Assembly (NCBI GenBank): GCA_030429765.1
Contig: JAUIER010000007.1
Location: 68,372 to 132,371 of the forward strand
DNA from: a bacterium
Lineage (GTDB): Bacteria > Omnitrophota > Gorgyraeia > Zapsychrales > Zapsychraceae
Reading direction: 5' to 3'
DNA length: 64,000 nt
Under the pieces are notes generated by a model that made no database searches, was not told the DNA's origin, and saw only the letters and a program-made list of their open reading frames with translations. Positions within the stretch are counted from its first letter, which is position 1. Each line of letters starts with the position of its first letter. Shown here one piece after another: positions 48,801-58,411 of this stretch. The translations under genes and the position numbers were made by a program.

Positions 48801-49583
48801 CTAATGTTCAGGATGATACATCTGTCCGATAAAGATCGCCGACAAAAACGTGAAAATATAGGCCTGCAAAAAGGCCACGAAAATCTCAAGCAAGTAAACA
48901 AACAAGACCACCGGCACAACAAACGGCAGAGTAATGAGCCCCAGGACAACCGACATGCCGGTGAGTGATAAGAGCACAAAGTGTCCGCCCAGTAGATTGG
49001 CGAAGAGGCGAACCATCAATACAACTGATCGAATAATCAGCCCCAATACCTCAATCACAATCATCCCCGGATTCAGGACCTTGGGAACGCCCGGGATAAC
49101 AAACGCATGGCAAAAACCTTTGAAACCATTTTTCCGGATCGCACCAACCGTCAGATAGAAGAATGTCGCCAACATTAAGCCGCCGGTCACATTAAAATTA
49201 GCCGTGGCTGTGGAAAATAACGGAATTAGTCCCAGCAAATTCAGCGTAAGGATCATAAAGAACATCGTACAGAACACAGGCGTCATTTTTCGCCCATCCT
49301 CTTCACCCAGATTTTCGATGGCGATGTCGTTACGGATAAACAGCACGAACGACTCAAGCGCGTTGCTTAATCGCCCGCGCGGTCGATTGGATTGCTTATC
49401 GTACAGAACTACGAATAGTAAAATCAAAATTGAAGACGCAATCAGGATCATCAGCAAATGCAGGCTCAACGGATACGGTAACGGGACCGAAATTCCGAAC
49501 GGCAGATGCCACTCATGCGTATTCTCGACGTGATGCAAAAGATACTGGTCTAGTTTAAAGCCTTCACCTGACGGCTGTGCCAT
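48801..49583 (-). CDS. atpB: F1Fo ATP synthase a subunit
   Basis: NLLGLIP, TAT.N, VRLFANL.GGH and LE.FVAFLQAYIF motifs. Confidence 0.97.
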   Translation of the reverse strand: MAQPSGEGFKLDQYLLHHVENTHEWHLPFGISVPLPYPLSLHLLMILIASSILILLFVVLYDKQSNRPRGRLSNALESFVLFIRNDIAIENLGEEDGRKMTPVFCTMFFMILTLNLLGLIPLFSTATANFNVTGGLMLATFFYLTVGAIRKNGFKGFCHAFVIPGVPKVLNPGMIVIEVLGLIIRSVVLMVRLFANLLGGHFVLLSLTGMSVVLGLITLPFVVPVVLFVYLLEIFVAFLQAYIFTFLSAIFIGQMYHPEH

Positions 49584-49851
49584 AACGGTATAACCTGTAA
49601 AAAATTGTACAAAAATAAAAGCCGATGAAAAACAGAGTGAATTTCATCTGATCAACTTCACCGTAAAACAAGATCGCGGACAACACAATTACCAAACATA
49701 ATACCCGAAACGCGTTCCACTTCAATAAAAAAGTAATGCTCTCCGTCTCACTGCGACGTTGCGTGAGCGATTCCCCCAAACATAAAAAACCCATATTGAT
49801 GCAGACCACCGACAGCGCTGCCAGGGCTTCAAACAAATAATAAAATGTCAT
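49564..49851 (-). CDS. AtpI-like small membrane protein
   Basis: Hydrophobic ORF between the atpZ-like gene and atpB, overlapping both. Confidence 0.6.
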   Translation of the reverse strand: MTFYYLFEALAALSVVCINMGFLCLGESLTQRRSETESITFLLKWNAFRVLCLVIVLSAILFYGEVDQMKFTLFFIGFYFCTIFYRLYRYGTAVR

Positions 49852-50057
49852 CGTCGCTCCTCACTCAAGATGAGCTTGTAGATCTGTAGCCCGCAAACCA
49901 TCATCCCTAATAAAAACCCGATAAATGTCGCAAATCGTGTCTGGAATTTTCGATCGATAAACATCCCGGCAAAGGTCAGTAAGACCATCCCGCCACACAT
50001 CGTCCATCCCAATCCGGCATACCGCAAAAACGTTCGCTGTTGTTCCTTGGTCATCAT
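49848..50057 (-). CDS. AtpZ/AtpQ (ATPase gene 1) family protein
   Basis: RY.GLG.......L....G..ID..F.T......G.LLG motif; start re-called to ATG 50057. Confidence 0.8.
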   Translation of the reverse strand: MMTKEQQRTFLRYAGLGWTMCGGMVLLTFAGMFIDRKFQTRFATFIGFLLGMMVCGLQIYKLILSEERR

Positions 50058-50061
50058 AACG

Positions 50062-52149
50062 TCACATATAAAGTTTTCGAAATTCCGCAATCCCCCGGCG
50101 GTCACCGATAATCGTCAACCGGTCACCGGCCTGCAAAATCTTTTCACCTTTGGGAACAATCGGCTTGCCGTCCCGATTGATAATGGCGATCAGCGACTCT
50201 TCCGGCATTTGCACGTCTTTGATACGCTGTTCAACAAGTTTGGCCGATTTACCTGACATCGACAGCCGTATCGTGACAAAACTTTCATCGCGCAACAACA
50301 CCTCCTTGAGGCGCTGATCATTCTCGGCCGACATCCATTCGTCCATAAAGCCGTCATCATCAACACGACCGGCGATCTTGGCGAGTATTCGCAAATGCTG
50401 CTGGGGATTTTCCTCGGGACTCACCAGAAAGAATATCGCCTTGATGTCTTCATCCGACGGCTTGTGCTGCCCCCAAAAATCTTTTCCCAGATCCGTCTTT
50501 AAGCCTTGCTTCGCGCGGACCAACAGCACCACCGGTTCAATCAAATGATGCAGACGCATATGCGGCAACGCGACACCGTGGGACACCGGCGTACCGCCGA
50601 CCTTGGTCCCGTCGAGAAATTCTTTTTCAATCTGCTCTTCGGGATGCGACAATGTCGCCGAAAGCATGAACGAGGCCTCGCGGATCACCTCATCAAACCC
50701 TACCTTCTCGGAAAGATCGATGGTCTGCGCCCGCGCGATGATTTCCTCGAACGGATCTTTTTCGCGCAATCCCTTCTCTTTGAGGATTCCACGCAGCTCG
50801 GTCTCCAGGCCTTCATGACGCCGTTTGCCTAGCCGTTCAAAGACGTGAAAGATCGCGCCGCCCCGTTCCACCTTGGGATAGGCATAATAGAAAAACCATA
50901 ATGCGCCGATCGCGATCAGTCCGCCGCTGAATAACGTCGGCATAATGCCCATTTCCACGATCAGCCAGAACGGTGATAAGATTCCCAGGATCGGCAGCCA
51001 CGGATACATCGGCGAACGAAATCCCGGATCATACGCCTCGATATGACTCTCGCGCATGATGATGACTGCCAGACAGCAAAACGCGAAGACCAGCAGCTGA
51101 AACGCGCTGGCCAATTTGGCAATCTTGAGCGGATTTAAGAACAGGATAATCGCGATGATACAAACGACTGTAAAGACCACACTGATCGTCGGAATACCCG
51201 AGCGATTGATACGGCGGAAAACCCGCGGGATCAAATGATCACGGCTCATCGCCAACGGATAGCGCGACGCGCTCATAATGCCGGCATTGGTCATCGATGA
51301 AAAGGCAAACACCGCGGCAATCGTCACACAAATCTTACCCCAGGCGCCGACCATTCGATCGGCGGCAATGGCCACGGGTGTCAGACTACTACCCAATTCT
51401 TTGACCGGCACCACACCAACCATCACATACGTCCCGACGATGTAAATAACCAGCGCCGTGGCAAACGCCAGCAGCATTCCCAGCGTCAAATTGCGTTCAG
51501 GGTCATGAACCTCTTCCGCCACGCTGGTGACCTTGGTGATCCCGGCGTAACTCACATACACCATCCCGGCGGTCGCCATAATTGACGTTCCACCGGCATC
51601 AAAAAAGTTCTGGAAATGATCCGTGTTGACATGAAACACGCCGGTTGAGATGAATCCACCCAGCAGCAACAAGATTCCAGCCACCATCAACACCTGGATA
51701 AACCCGGCCTCCTTGGCCCCGCGCATATTCACGACACCGAACAGGATCGCAAATCCCACGGCCAACGGGATCATCAAATCACCCGAAACAAAAAGATTGA
51801 GATACGCCCCCATACCAATCAGGGCAAATGCGGTTTTGAGAATGAGCGATAACCACGTCCCGAATCCGCCGATGGTACCGATCAACGGCCCCATACTGCG
51901 GTCGAGAAAATAATACGCGCCGCCCGATCGGGGCATGGCCGTGGCAAGTTCAATCATACAGAACATCGCGGGGATCAACGGAATCGCCGCGATGATATAG
52001 CTGAGTATCATCGCCGGACCGGCCTGCTTGGCCGCCAACCCGGGCAGTAAAAAAAATCCGGCACTCAAGGTTGTACCGGTCGCGATAGCATATACGTTTA
52101 AGAGCGAGAGTTCTTTTTTGAGTTTTTTAGAATCGGTTCGCTTATCCAT
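50062..52149 (-). CDS. APC-family amino acid permease fused to PTS EIIA and TrkA-C domains
   Basis: LKKELSL..V.AIATG...SAGFFLLPG, ELATAMP.SGG.Y, GVALPH (EIIA), HL.ILA.IA and I.RDG..IVP.G...LQ.GDRL..IG (RCK-C); start re-called to ATG 52149. Confidence 0.88.
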   Translation of the reverse strand: MDKRTDSKKLKKELSLLNVYAIATGTTLSAGFFLLPGLAAKQAGPAMILSYIIAAIPLIPAMFCMIELATAMPRSGGAYYFLDRSMGPLIGTIGGFGTWLSLILKTAFALIGMGAYLNLFVSGDLMIPLAVGFAILFGVVNMRGAKEAGFIQVLMVAGILLLLGGFISTGVFHVNTDHFQNFFDAGGTSIMATAGMVYVSYAGITKVTSVAEEVHDPERNLTLGMLLAFATALVIYIVGTYVMVGVVPVKELGSSLTPVAIAADRMVGAWGKICVTIAAVFAFSSMTNAGIMSASRYPLAMSRDHLIPRVFRRINRSGIPTISVVFTVVCIIAIILFLNPLKIAKLASAFQLLVFAFCCLAVIIMRESHIEAYDPGFRSPMYPWLPILGILSPFWLIVEMGIMPTLFSGGLIAIGALWFFYYAYPKVERGGAIFHVFERLGKRRHEGLETELRGILKEKGLREKDPFEEIIARAQTIDLSEKVGFDEVIREASFMLSATLSHPEEQIEKEFLDGTKVGGTPVSHGVALPHMRLHHLIEPVVLLVRAKQGLKTDLGKDFWGQHKPSDEDIKAIFFLVSPEENPQQHLRILAKIAGRVDDDGFMDEWMSAENDQRLKEVLLRDESFVTIRLSMSGKSAKLVEQRIKDVQMPEESLIAIINRDGKPIVPKGEKILQAGDRLTIIGDRRGIAEFRKLYM

Positions 52150-52178
52150 GCTTCCCGGTCTGCGCGTTGACAGACAAA

Positions 52179-52493
52179 CTATTTCATGATTTGACAAACA
52201 CTCAGCCCGCAGGCTATGAGACTCAAAAAGAACAACATGCCGGCCGGCATCATCTTACGTGTTTTGATCAGCCGGATCAGAAATGTCACCGTCAATATAC
52301 CGCTCATTGTCGCGATAATCGAATAGCCGCACACCGCGCTTTTGTTGGTCATCCCCACTCCGACGGCGATAACGATCCCGGACACCAGCCCCATTATGAG
52401 CGACATCCGGCTGCCGGCCTTTCGATAGCCCATGACACCGCCCGCGATCATCAAGACGGCATAAACACTGAATACAATCGGCCAGGTTCCCAT
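52179..52493 (-). CDS. TMEM14 family membrane protein
   Basis: YA.L...GG.MGY.KAGS..SL..G...G and R..KT.K.MPAG signature. Confidence 0.9.
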   Translation of the reverse strand: MGTWPIVFSVYAVLMIAGGVMGYRKAGSRMSLIMGLVSGIVIAVGVGMTNKSAVCGYSIIATMSGILTVTFLIRLIKTRKMMPAGMLFFLSLIACGLSVCQIMK

Positions 52494-52496
52494 CGT

Positions 52497-53564
52497 CTAG
52501 ATCGTCTCCACTGATGAGCTGAGATCGTCCGTTTCGCGCTGATCCAGCTTTTCAAGCTTGGCATAAAATCCATTCATTTTGTCGGCAATAATCCCTTCAA
52601 CCGCCTGAACCGCGGCCTGTCGTTTGAGCCGGTTCGCCTCGACGACCGTCTCTAAATCATCAATATGATACAGGACTACATTCTCAAGCTGAGCAATTTT
52701 GGGATCAATATTTCGCGGCATCGAGATATCCATAAAGATCAGCTGACGGCCTTGCCGCAATTCCATCACGCGCTTGACCGTATCCGGATCCAAAATATAG
52801 TGCGGCGCGGATGACGAGCAGATACACAGATCCACCTCACCCAGCGTCTCCTTGATGTCGCAGAACGATACCACCTCGGCCTCAAACAATTCGGCCAACG
52901 CCTCGGCGTGCGCGATAGTCCGGTTCATGACGTAAAGTTTCTCAAAACCACGGTTGGAAATCTGCCCGACGGCGAGCTTGCTCATCTTGCCGGCGCCGAT
53001 CATCAGCACTTTTTTGTCTCCGAGCGATCCCAAATACTGTTCGGCCTTGGTGATCGCCGCCCAACTGACGGATGAACCGCCCGCCCCGATCTGCGTTTCG
53101 TTTTGCGCCTTTTTCCCGACACGGATCGCGACATTCGAGAGGATATTAAATCCCTGGACAAAGAATCCCCGGGTCTGCGCCTTTTCAAAGGCCGACTTCA
53201 ATTGTCCCAGGATCTGACGTTCGCCCAGGACCAATGAATCCAGTCCGGCGATCACGCGAAACAGGTGCTGTACCGCGTCTTGATTGGTATGTGTATAGAA
53301 ATAACCCATGAGGCCGCTGTTGTAGGCGATATCCCGGATCTGACAGATCAGCTGGACCAGCGATTCGGGCTCGTAAGCTGTATTGATCACATGGACATAG
53401 ACTTCGGTGCGGTTGCAGGTGGATATGACAAAGGCCTCGACCACGGCCGGGTCGGACTTGAGTTCGCTGAGCAGCAGGTCCTGCTGGGTCGAATTAAGAT
53501 AGAATTTTTCCCGAATGGAGATCGGGGCTGTTTTGTGATTGATTCCTACGTTGATAATCTGCAT
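52497..53564 (-). CDS. hemA: Glutamyl-tRNA reductase (lacks the C-terminal dimerisation domain)
   Basis: GINHKTAP..IRE, STCNRTE, GLDS.VLGE.QILGQ, GAGKM and DIS.PRNID motifs. Confidence 0.95.
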   Translation of the reverse strand: MQIINVGINHKTAPISIREKFYLNSTQQDLLLSELKSDPAVVEAFVISTCNRTEVYVHVINTAYEPESLVQLICQIRDIAYNSGLMGYFYTHTNQDAVQHLFRVIAGLDSLVLGERQILGQLKSAFEKAQTRGFFVQGFNILSNVAIRVGKKAQNETQIGAGGSSVSWAAITKAEQYLGSLGDKKVLMIGAGKMSKLAVGQISNRGFEKLYVMNRTIAHAEALAELFEAEVVSFCDIKETLGEVDLCICSSSAPHYILDPDTVKRVMELRQGRQLIFMDISMPRNIDPKIAQLENVVLYHIDDLETVVEANRLKRQAAVQAVEGIIADKMNGFYAKLEKLDQRETDDLSSSVETI

Positions 53565-53656
53565 GAATATGTGTATGGATAATCGGTATGTCCGGGTTCA
53601 GTCGGAGTATATCAAAAAGGGCATACCGACGCAAATATTTTGTACTATTATTAGTC

Positions 53657-54700
53657 TTATAAGCTCATCGCGGCGTCCATCTGCCGCTCCAGCACCATTT
53701 TTTCCAGACATTCGATCCACAATGGATGGTCATTGAGGCTTTCCACGAGGTCCAGCGTCTCGCCGCCATGCTCCACAAAGAGCTCATGGTAGGTCTCACC
53801 GATCTCCACCGTGGTTTCCAGGCAATCCGCCACAAATGACGGCGAAAAGGCCAGAATCCGCTTCTTACCCTCCCCGGCCAGCCGCTCAATCTCGGCATCC
53901 GTGTACGGTTTGATCCACGGGTCCTTACCCAACCGGGATTGGAATGACACCGTATAATCCTTAGAATCAATGCCTAGCGCATCTGCCAAAACCCTTGTGG
54001 TCTGATAACACTGGGCCCGGTAACAATAGCGATTTTTGTCGTGAAACACCGAACAGCATTTGTCTGACAGCTGACAGTAACCGCTGGCCGATGATTTACG
54101 GATCTGCCGCTCCGGCAGACCGTGATAGGTAAACAGATAGTGATCATACGATCCCTGATCCATATACTTTTGACCGATGACTTTAAAGGCCTCAATAAAC
54201 GGCGGATAATCCGGGAACTGACTGACCATATCCAGCCTTGGAAAGGTTTGCCAGGCCTTGACCTCCTCCATGACTTTCTCAATGGTCGACCCCGTCGACG
54301 CGGACGCGTACTGCGGGTACAATGGAACCACGATCAAATCTTTAAGCCCGAGGCCATGAAATTCTTTGAGCGCGTCCCGGATACTGGGTGATTGATAGCG
54401 CATTCCCAACACCACTTTGAATCCGTCACCCAATTTCTGCTGAAGGAGCTCCGTAATACGCTGGCCATGCAGCAGCAACGGTGAACCTTTCTCGGTCCAC
54501 AACTTTTTGTATTCTTCCGACGAACTGCGCGAGCGAAACGGCGCGATGATCAGATTGATCAGCAAAAATCGCTGCCAATACGGGATATCGATGACGCGCC
54601 CGTCCATCAGGAATTCACGCAGATACTTGCGGACATCCGGGACATTCGGACTGTCCGGCGTTCCGAGATTAATGAGAAATACACCTGTGTGTGGTTTCAT
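53657..54700 (-). CDS. hemH: Ferrochelatase with internal Cys-rich insert
   Basis: NLGTP, PLYPQY, HGLP, FQSRLG..PW..P and F.ADCLET..EI; insert C-x5-CC-x9-C. Confidence 0.97.
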   Translation of the reverse strand: MKPHTGVFLINLGTPDSPNVPDVRKYLREFLMDGRVIDIPYWQRFLLINLIIAPFRSRSSSEEYKKLWTEKGSPLLLHGQRITELLQQKLGDGFKVVLGMRYQSPSIRDALKEFHGLGLKDLIVVPLYPQYASASTGSTIEKVMEEVKAWQTFPRLDMVSQFPDYPPFIEAFKVIGQKYMDQGSYDHYLFTYHGLPERQIRKSSASGYCQLSDKCCSVFHDKNRYCYRAQCYQTTRVLADALGIDSKDYTVSFQSRLGKDPWIKPYTDAEIERLAGEGKKRILAFSPSFVADCLETTVEIGETYHELFVEHGGETLDLVESLNDHPLWIECLEKMVLERQMDAAMSL

Positions 54701-54718
54701 AACGATTATTTTGCTGGG

Positions 54719-55765
54719 TTATGATTTGAGTTTGGCGACGAATTCGGCGATCTTGAGGACCAGTTGCTGCGTGTCCCCCCATCCCAGACATGGGTCGGTG
54801 ATCGATTTACCGTAAATCCCGCCGTCGACCGGCTGATTGCCTTCTTCCAGATAGCTCTCTATCATGAATCCCTTGACCATCTTGTTGAGCATATCGGAGC
54901 GTTCCATGCTCTGCAGGACTTCCATCGCCACACGCGGCTGCTCGCTGAAAATTTTGCCGCAATTGGCATGACTGACATCGACGATGATCGCCGGATTTTT
55001 AAAGTTCTTGGCGAGGTACATCTCGGTAAATTTGGTGATGTCCTCGTAGTGAAAATTTGGGATGTTCTGTCCGAACTGATTAAACGCCCCGCGCAGAATA
55101 CTGTGCGCGTATGGATTGCCGGACGTCTTGGCCTCCCAGCCTTTGTAGATAAATGTATGCGGTGCCTGGGCGGCCTGAATGGAATTCAACAGGACATTCA
55201 GGTCCCCGCTCGTCGGGTTTTTGAGTCCGATCGGGATATCCAGTCCGCTGACCGTCAGCCGGTGCTGCTGATTCTCGACGGAGCGCGCGCCGATCGCGAC
55301 ATACGTCAGCAAATCTTCGAGATAGGGATAGTTTTCCGGGTACAGCATTTCATCCGCGGCGGACAGATGCGATTCCTTAAGTACCCGAATATGCATGCGG
55401 CGGATCGCCTTGAGCCCGTCGACAATATGCGGCTCACCCTGCGGATTGGGCTGATGCGCCATGCCCTTGTATCCTTCACCGGTGGTGCGCGGTTTGTTGG
55501 TGTACACCCGTGGGATCAGTAACAGCTGGTCCTTGACCTGATCATTGAGCTTGGCCAGCCGTTGGATATATTCACAAACGGCGTCCTCGTTGTCCGCCGA
55601 ACACGGCCCGATCACCAGGATAAATTTTTGACTGGCCCCGGTAAAGACATCGATCACCTGCTGATCGCGGCGTTCCTTGATGATCTTTAAATCGTCGCTC
55701 AGCGGCATCTCGCCGAGAATTTCGTCAACGGTCGGTATTTTTCGGATGTACTCAAAACTCATCAT
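54719..55765 (-). CDS. 3-deoxy-7-phosphoheptulonate (DAHP) synthase, class I-alpha (AroF/G/H)
   Basis: GPCS, KPRT..GYKG, IGARS.E.Q.HR, KNPT.G, D.SHAN and YGKSITDPCLGW motifs. Confidence 0.95.
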   Translation of the reverse strand: MMSFEYIRKIPTVDEILGEMPLSDDLKIIKERRDQQVIDVFTGASQKFILVIGPCSADNEDAVCEYIQRLAKLNDQVKDQLLLIPRVYTNKPRTTGEGYKGMAHQPNPQGEPHIVDGLKAIRRMHIRVLKESHLSAADEMLYPENYPYLEDLLTYVAIGARSVENQQHRLTVSGLDIPIGLKNPTSGDLNVLLNSIQAAQAPHTFIYKGWEAKTSGNPYAHSILRGAFNQFGQNIPNFHYEDITKFTEMYLAKNFKNPAIIVDVSHANCGKIFSEQPRVAMEVLQSMERSDMLNKMVKGFMIESYLEEGNQPVDGGIYGKSITDPCLGWGDTQQLVLKIAEFVAKLKS

Positions 55766-55950
55766 TCGCTCCTAACTATCTGACTATTAAATCTTTAGAT
55801 CGCCCGGTCCCGGGTGAAATTCCCGAGATTATACCATCAAAGCCAAGATACGGCAATCGCAAAATCCTATGGATCAATCACCCCGATGAGACTGATACGA
55901 AAGACATTTTAACGAAAAAATATAAACTAGATATACGTTCATATGTGCTG

Positions 55951-55979
55951 TTGAAATTTATACCAATCGTAATTATACT
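55951..55979 (+). promoter_or_regulatory. Orphan sigma70 promoter
   Basis: TTGAAA-N17-TATACT with no plus-strand ORF downstream. Confidence 0.65.
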
Positions 55980-55983
55980 TAAA

Positions 55984-56049
55984 GTAACTTCGTTAGAGAA
56001 AGATTGAGTTACAGGATCAAGGCCAAGTGATTTTTGCTTGGCCTTTTTT
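55984..56049 (+). ncRNA. Candidate small RNA (~66 nt)
   Basis: Lies between the promoter and terminator; 5' stem GTAACT...AGTTAC, a single-stranded AGGA, then the terminator hairpin. Confidence 0.5.
56019..56049 (+). terminator. Intrinsic terminator on the plus strand
   Basis: AAGGCCAAG-loop-CTTGGCCTT followed by TTTT. Confidence 0.75.
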
Positions 56050-56081
56050 CATGGCCAAATCTGAAGAGAAATTTACCGAAG

Positions 56082-56510
56082 CTAATCTACCTCCTTCATA
56101 TTTAGCCGATCAGTCAAAGATGAATACGGAGAGCGCGTAACATCAACCTTGCAAACAACTTGATTCCATTTAGAGTGACCTACATCATAATTTACGACAA
56201 TCGAACCGAATTCTCCGAAATTTATATTGATTGTGTCGTTGCGAAACATATGATTAGGCACATATGTAACATAGCTTACATTCCATTTGTCACATTGTTT
56301 ATGCAGTGTGGCGAGGATCAAGTCGTGGGTTTCATACCCCGGGAGAATAATCTGTCGAGTAACTTCGCGCCCGCCCTTAAATCGAATATATTCCAATTCC
56401 CCAATTTCTACACTCGACAATTCGTCATGATAATTCCGTACAGCACAATACAATGCGATCGTTGCCAAAATGCATACGGAGAGAATCAATGAATAACAAA
56501 CCTTCCTCAT
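56082..56510 (-). CDS. Hypothetical anchored protein (AT-rich)
   Basis: N-terminal hydrophobic segment; W..S.VTYVP motif. Confidence 0.55.
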   Translation of the reverse strand: MRKVCYSLILSVCILATIALYCAVRNYHDELSSVEIGELEYIRFKGGREVTRQIILPGYETHDLILATLHKQCDKWNVSYVTYVPNHMFRNDTININFGEFGSIVVNYDVGHSKWNQVVCKVDVTRSPYSSLTDRLNMKEVD

Positions 56511-56672
56511 TTAATTTTATTCCGTTCCTGCTATAAAATACTATCTTAGAAAATCAATTACTTTGCGGTTATCTATTGCCACACATTGCGAATAGTGCCC
56601 CTATTGTACCCGCCGACTACCACATAAAGTAGGATCCATGCCGTACTCTTAATAGCAGGTCACCAGATACTG

Positions 56673-56945
56673 TCAAAAATACCACCACAGCAACAGAGTG
56701 CCGTAAATTATGGCCAGGGATATTGCGAACATCGGCCAGGTTGTTTCATCGATGTAGTTTTCCGAAACGCGATTGACCGGGCCTTTAGCGAGTAAACCCA
56801 CCACGACCATCAAGACAGGCGGTACAAAGAAAATAATCGTAAGCCCCAGGGCCACCGAAACAAACCACCCACCACAGATTCCAATCACAACGGATAAGGC
56901 CTGAAATGCCGAACGGGTATTACGTACATATCTATTTTTAGACAT
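56673..56945 (-). CDS. Small membrane protein
   Basis: Start re-called to ATG 56945 after GGAGGT; 3 hydrophobic segments. Confidence 0.6.
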   Translation of the reverse strand: MSKNRYVRNTRSAFQALSVVIGICGGWFVSVALGLTIIFFVPPVLMVVVGLLAKGPVNRVSENYIDETTWPMFAISLAIIYGTLLLWWYF

Positions 56946-56986
56946 CGAAACCTCCCGTAAAATAATTAGCTGATCTAACGCGGCTG

Positions 56987-57676
56987 TCACAACCGATCCG
57001 GAAAATCTGAAAAGATGCCGTCGACGCCGTAGTCCTTGAGACGTTTGATGTCTTCCAGCCGGTTGACGGTCCAGACGTAGACCTTCATGCCGGCCTTCTT
57101 CGCCTGTTCGATAATACGTGGATTGGCCAGATGCGCATTCAGATGCACGGAATGCGCACCGATCTTTCGGGCAAAATCCACAAAACCGAACGGCCGATAG
57201 GCCAACAGCGCGCCGATGCGGATATTGGGATCGATCTTTGCTAATTTTTTCAGTTTATGACGGGTAAAGGCCGAGACAATAAAGTGCTCATACGTCCAGC
57301 CGTGTTCTTTGATGTAGTGCCGGATGACCTTGGCGACCGGTCCGATGGTAAACTTGCCCTTGATCTCAATATTCACATTCGCGCGTTTGTCGACGAGGTC
57401 CAATACTTCGGTCAATAAAGGGATCCGCTGTCCGCCGCCGGCATCCAGGCTTTTGAGATACTCCAGAGATTTCTGCCGCACATAACCATGTCCATTGGTA
57501 GTGCGTTCGAGCTTGGCATCATGGATCACCACCACCTCACCGGTCAGGCAGGTATGCACATCGACCTCGATCATATCAACGCCCATGTCCAGGGCCGTCT
57601 GGATCGATAGCAATGTATTTTCCGGCGCGTGTCCCTTGGCGCCGCGGTGTCCGATTTTAAAGAAGGGTATGTTCAC
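56987..57676 (-). CDS. Glycerophosphodiester phosphodiesterase
   Basis: GHRGA...APENT, E.DV, HD..L.RTT, NIEIK, WTVN and VDGIFSD.P motifs. Confidence 0.93.
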   Translation of the reverse strand: MNIPFFKIGHRGAKGHAPENTLLSIQTALDMGVDMIEVDVHTCLTGEVVVIHDAKLERTTNGHGYVRQKSLEYLKSLDAGGGQRIPLLTEVLDLVDKRANVNIEIKGKFTIGPVAKVIRHYIKEHGWTYEHFIVSAFTRHKLKKLAKIDPNIRIGALLAYRPFGFVDFARKIGAHSVHLNAHLANPRIIEQAKKAGMKVYVWTVNRLEDIKRLKDYGVDGIFSDFPDRL

Positions 57677-58167
57677 GGGGTGGCAGGTTCAGTGGCGGTC
57701 TCGACGACTTCAGCCGGATGACCTTTCATCATCCATTCATACATCCCGCCGTTGTAATCATACACGTTTTTATAACCGATGCTCATCAATTTAGTCGCGG
57801 CGTAGTGGCTCATCTTGCACTTGCTGCTGGCGCAGTAAACAATGACCACCTCATCTTTATTGGGTAGGAGCGCCTGAATATCTTCGTAATTGGCGTAGGC
57901 GACAAACAACGACTTCGCCCCCTTGATATGTCCCCGGTTGTAACTGGATTCAGGCCGGACATCGACGAGTGTGTGTTTGAGTTTCTGATCGGTCCGGATC
58001 TTCATAAATTCATCATACGTCAGAGATTCCACCTTAAATTCCGGCGTGCCCGGCTCTTCTTCGGAACAACCGATATCGACGTCACAATCCTCCTCGGCCA
58101 ACACCGCCGATGTAAATGAAAGCACTATCATCGGCATCACCAATAGCCACAAATATTTTTTCATCAT
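57673..58167 (-). CDS. Secreted rhodanese-domain protein
   Basis: Signal peptide; VDVR...Y..GHI.GA, VYCASSKC and Y.GG..EW motifs. Confidence 0.85.
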   Translation of the reverse strand: MMKKYLWLLVMPMIVLSFTSAVLAEEDCDVDIGCSEEEPGTPEFKVESLTYDEFMKIRTDQKLKHTLVDVRPESSYNRGHIKGAKSLFVAYANYEDIQALLPNKDEVVIVYCASSKCKMSHYAATKLMSIGYKNVYDYNGGMYEWMMKGHPAEVVETATEPATP

Positions 58168-58410
58168 CTATCCTCCGGCGACCGGTGGTATGAAGACAAC
58201 TTCATCACCGTCCGCGATTGCTGAGTCCCATGGAACAAATGCATTATTCACCGACACGCGCATCAGACGCGTAGTCATCTTAAAGCCGTGTTGCTGTTTT
58301 AATGCCTCGTACAATTCTTCGGCCGTCCCGGCTTGTGTTTCAACAACTTCCTGATCGAGCCCGCGCTCCTCTTTGAGCACCGCGAAATATTTGATTATAA
58401 TTTTTTTCAT
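58168..58410 (-). CDS. moaD: Molybdopterin synthase sulfur carrier subunit
   Basis: YFA.L.E..G, VN and DGDEV.FIPPVAGG C-terminus. Confidence 0.93.
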   Translation of the reverse strand: MKKIIIKYFAVLKEERGLDQEVVETQAGTAEELYEALKQQHGFKMTTRLMRVSVNNAFVPWDSAIADGDEVVFIPPVAGG

Positions 58411-58411
58411 A

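Noticed and set aside
48503-48979. 158-aa extended atpE from the ORF track
   Set aside because: The extension overlaps atpB; the real c subunit starts at ATG 48721 with an SD.
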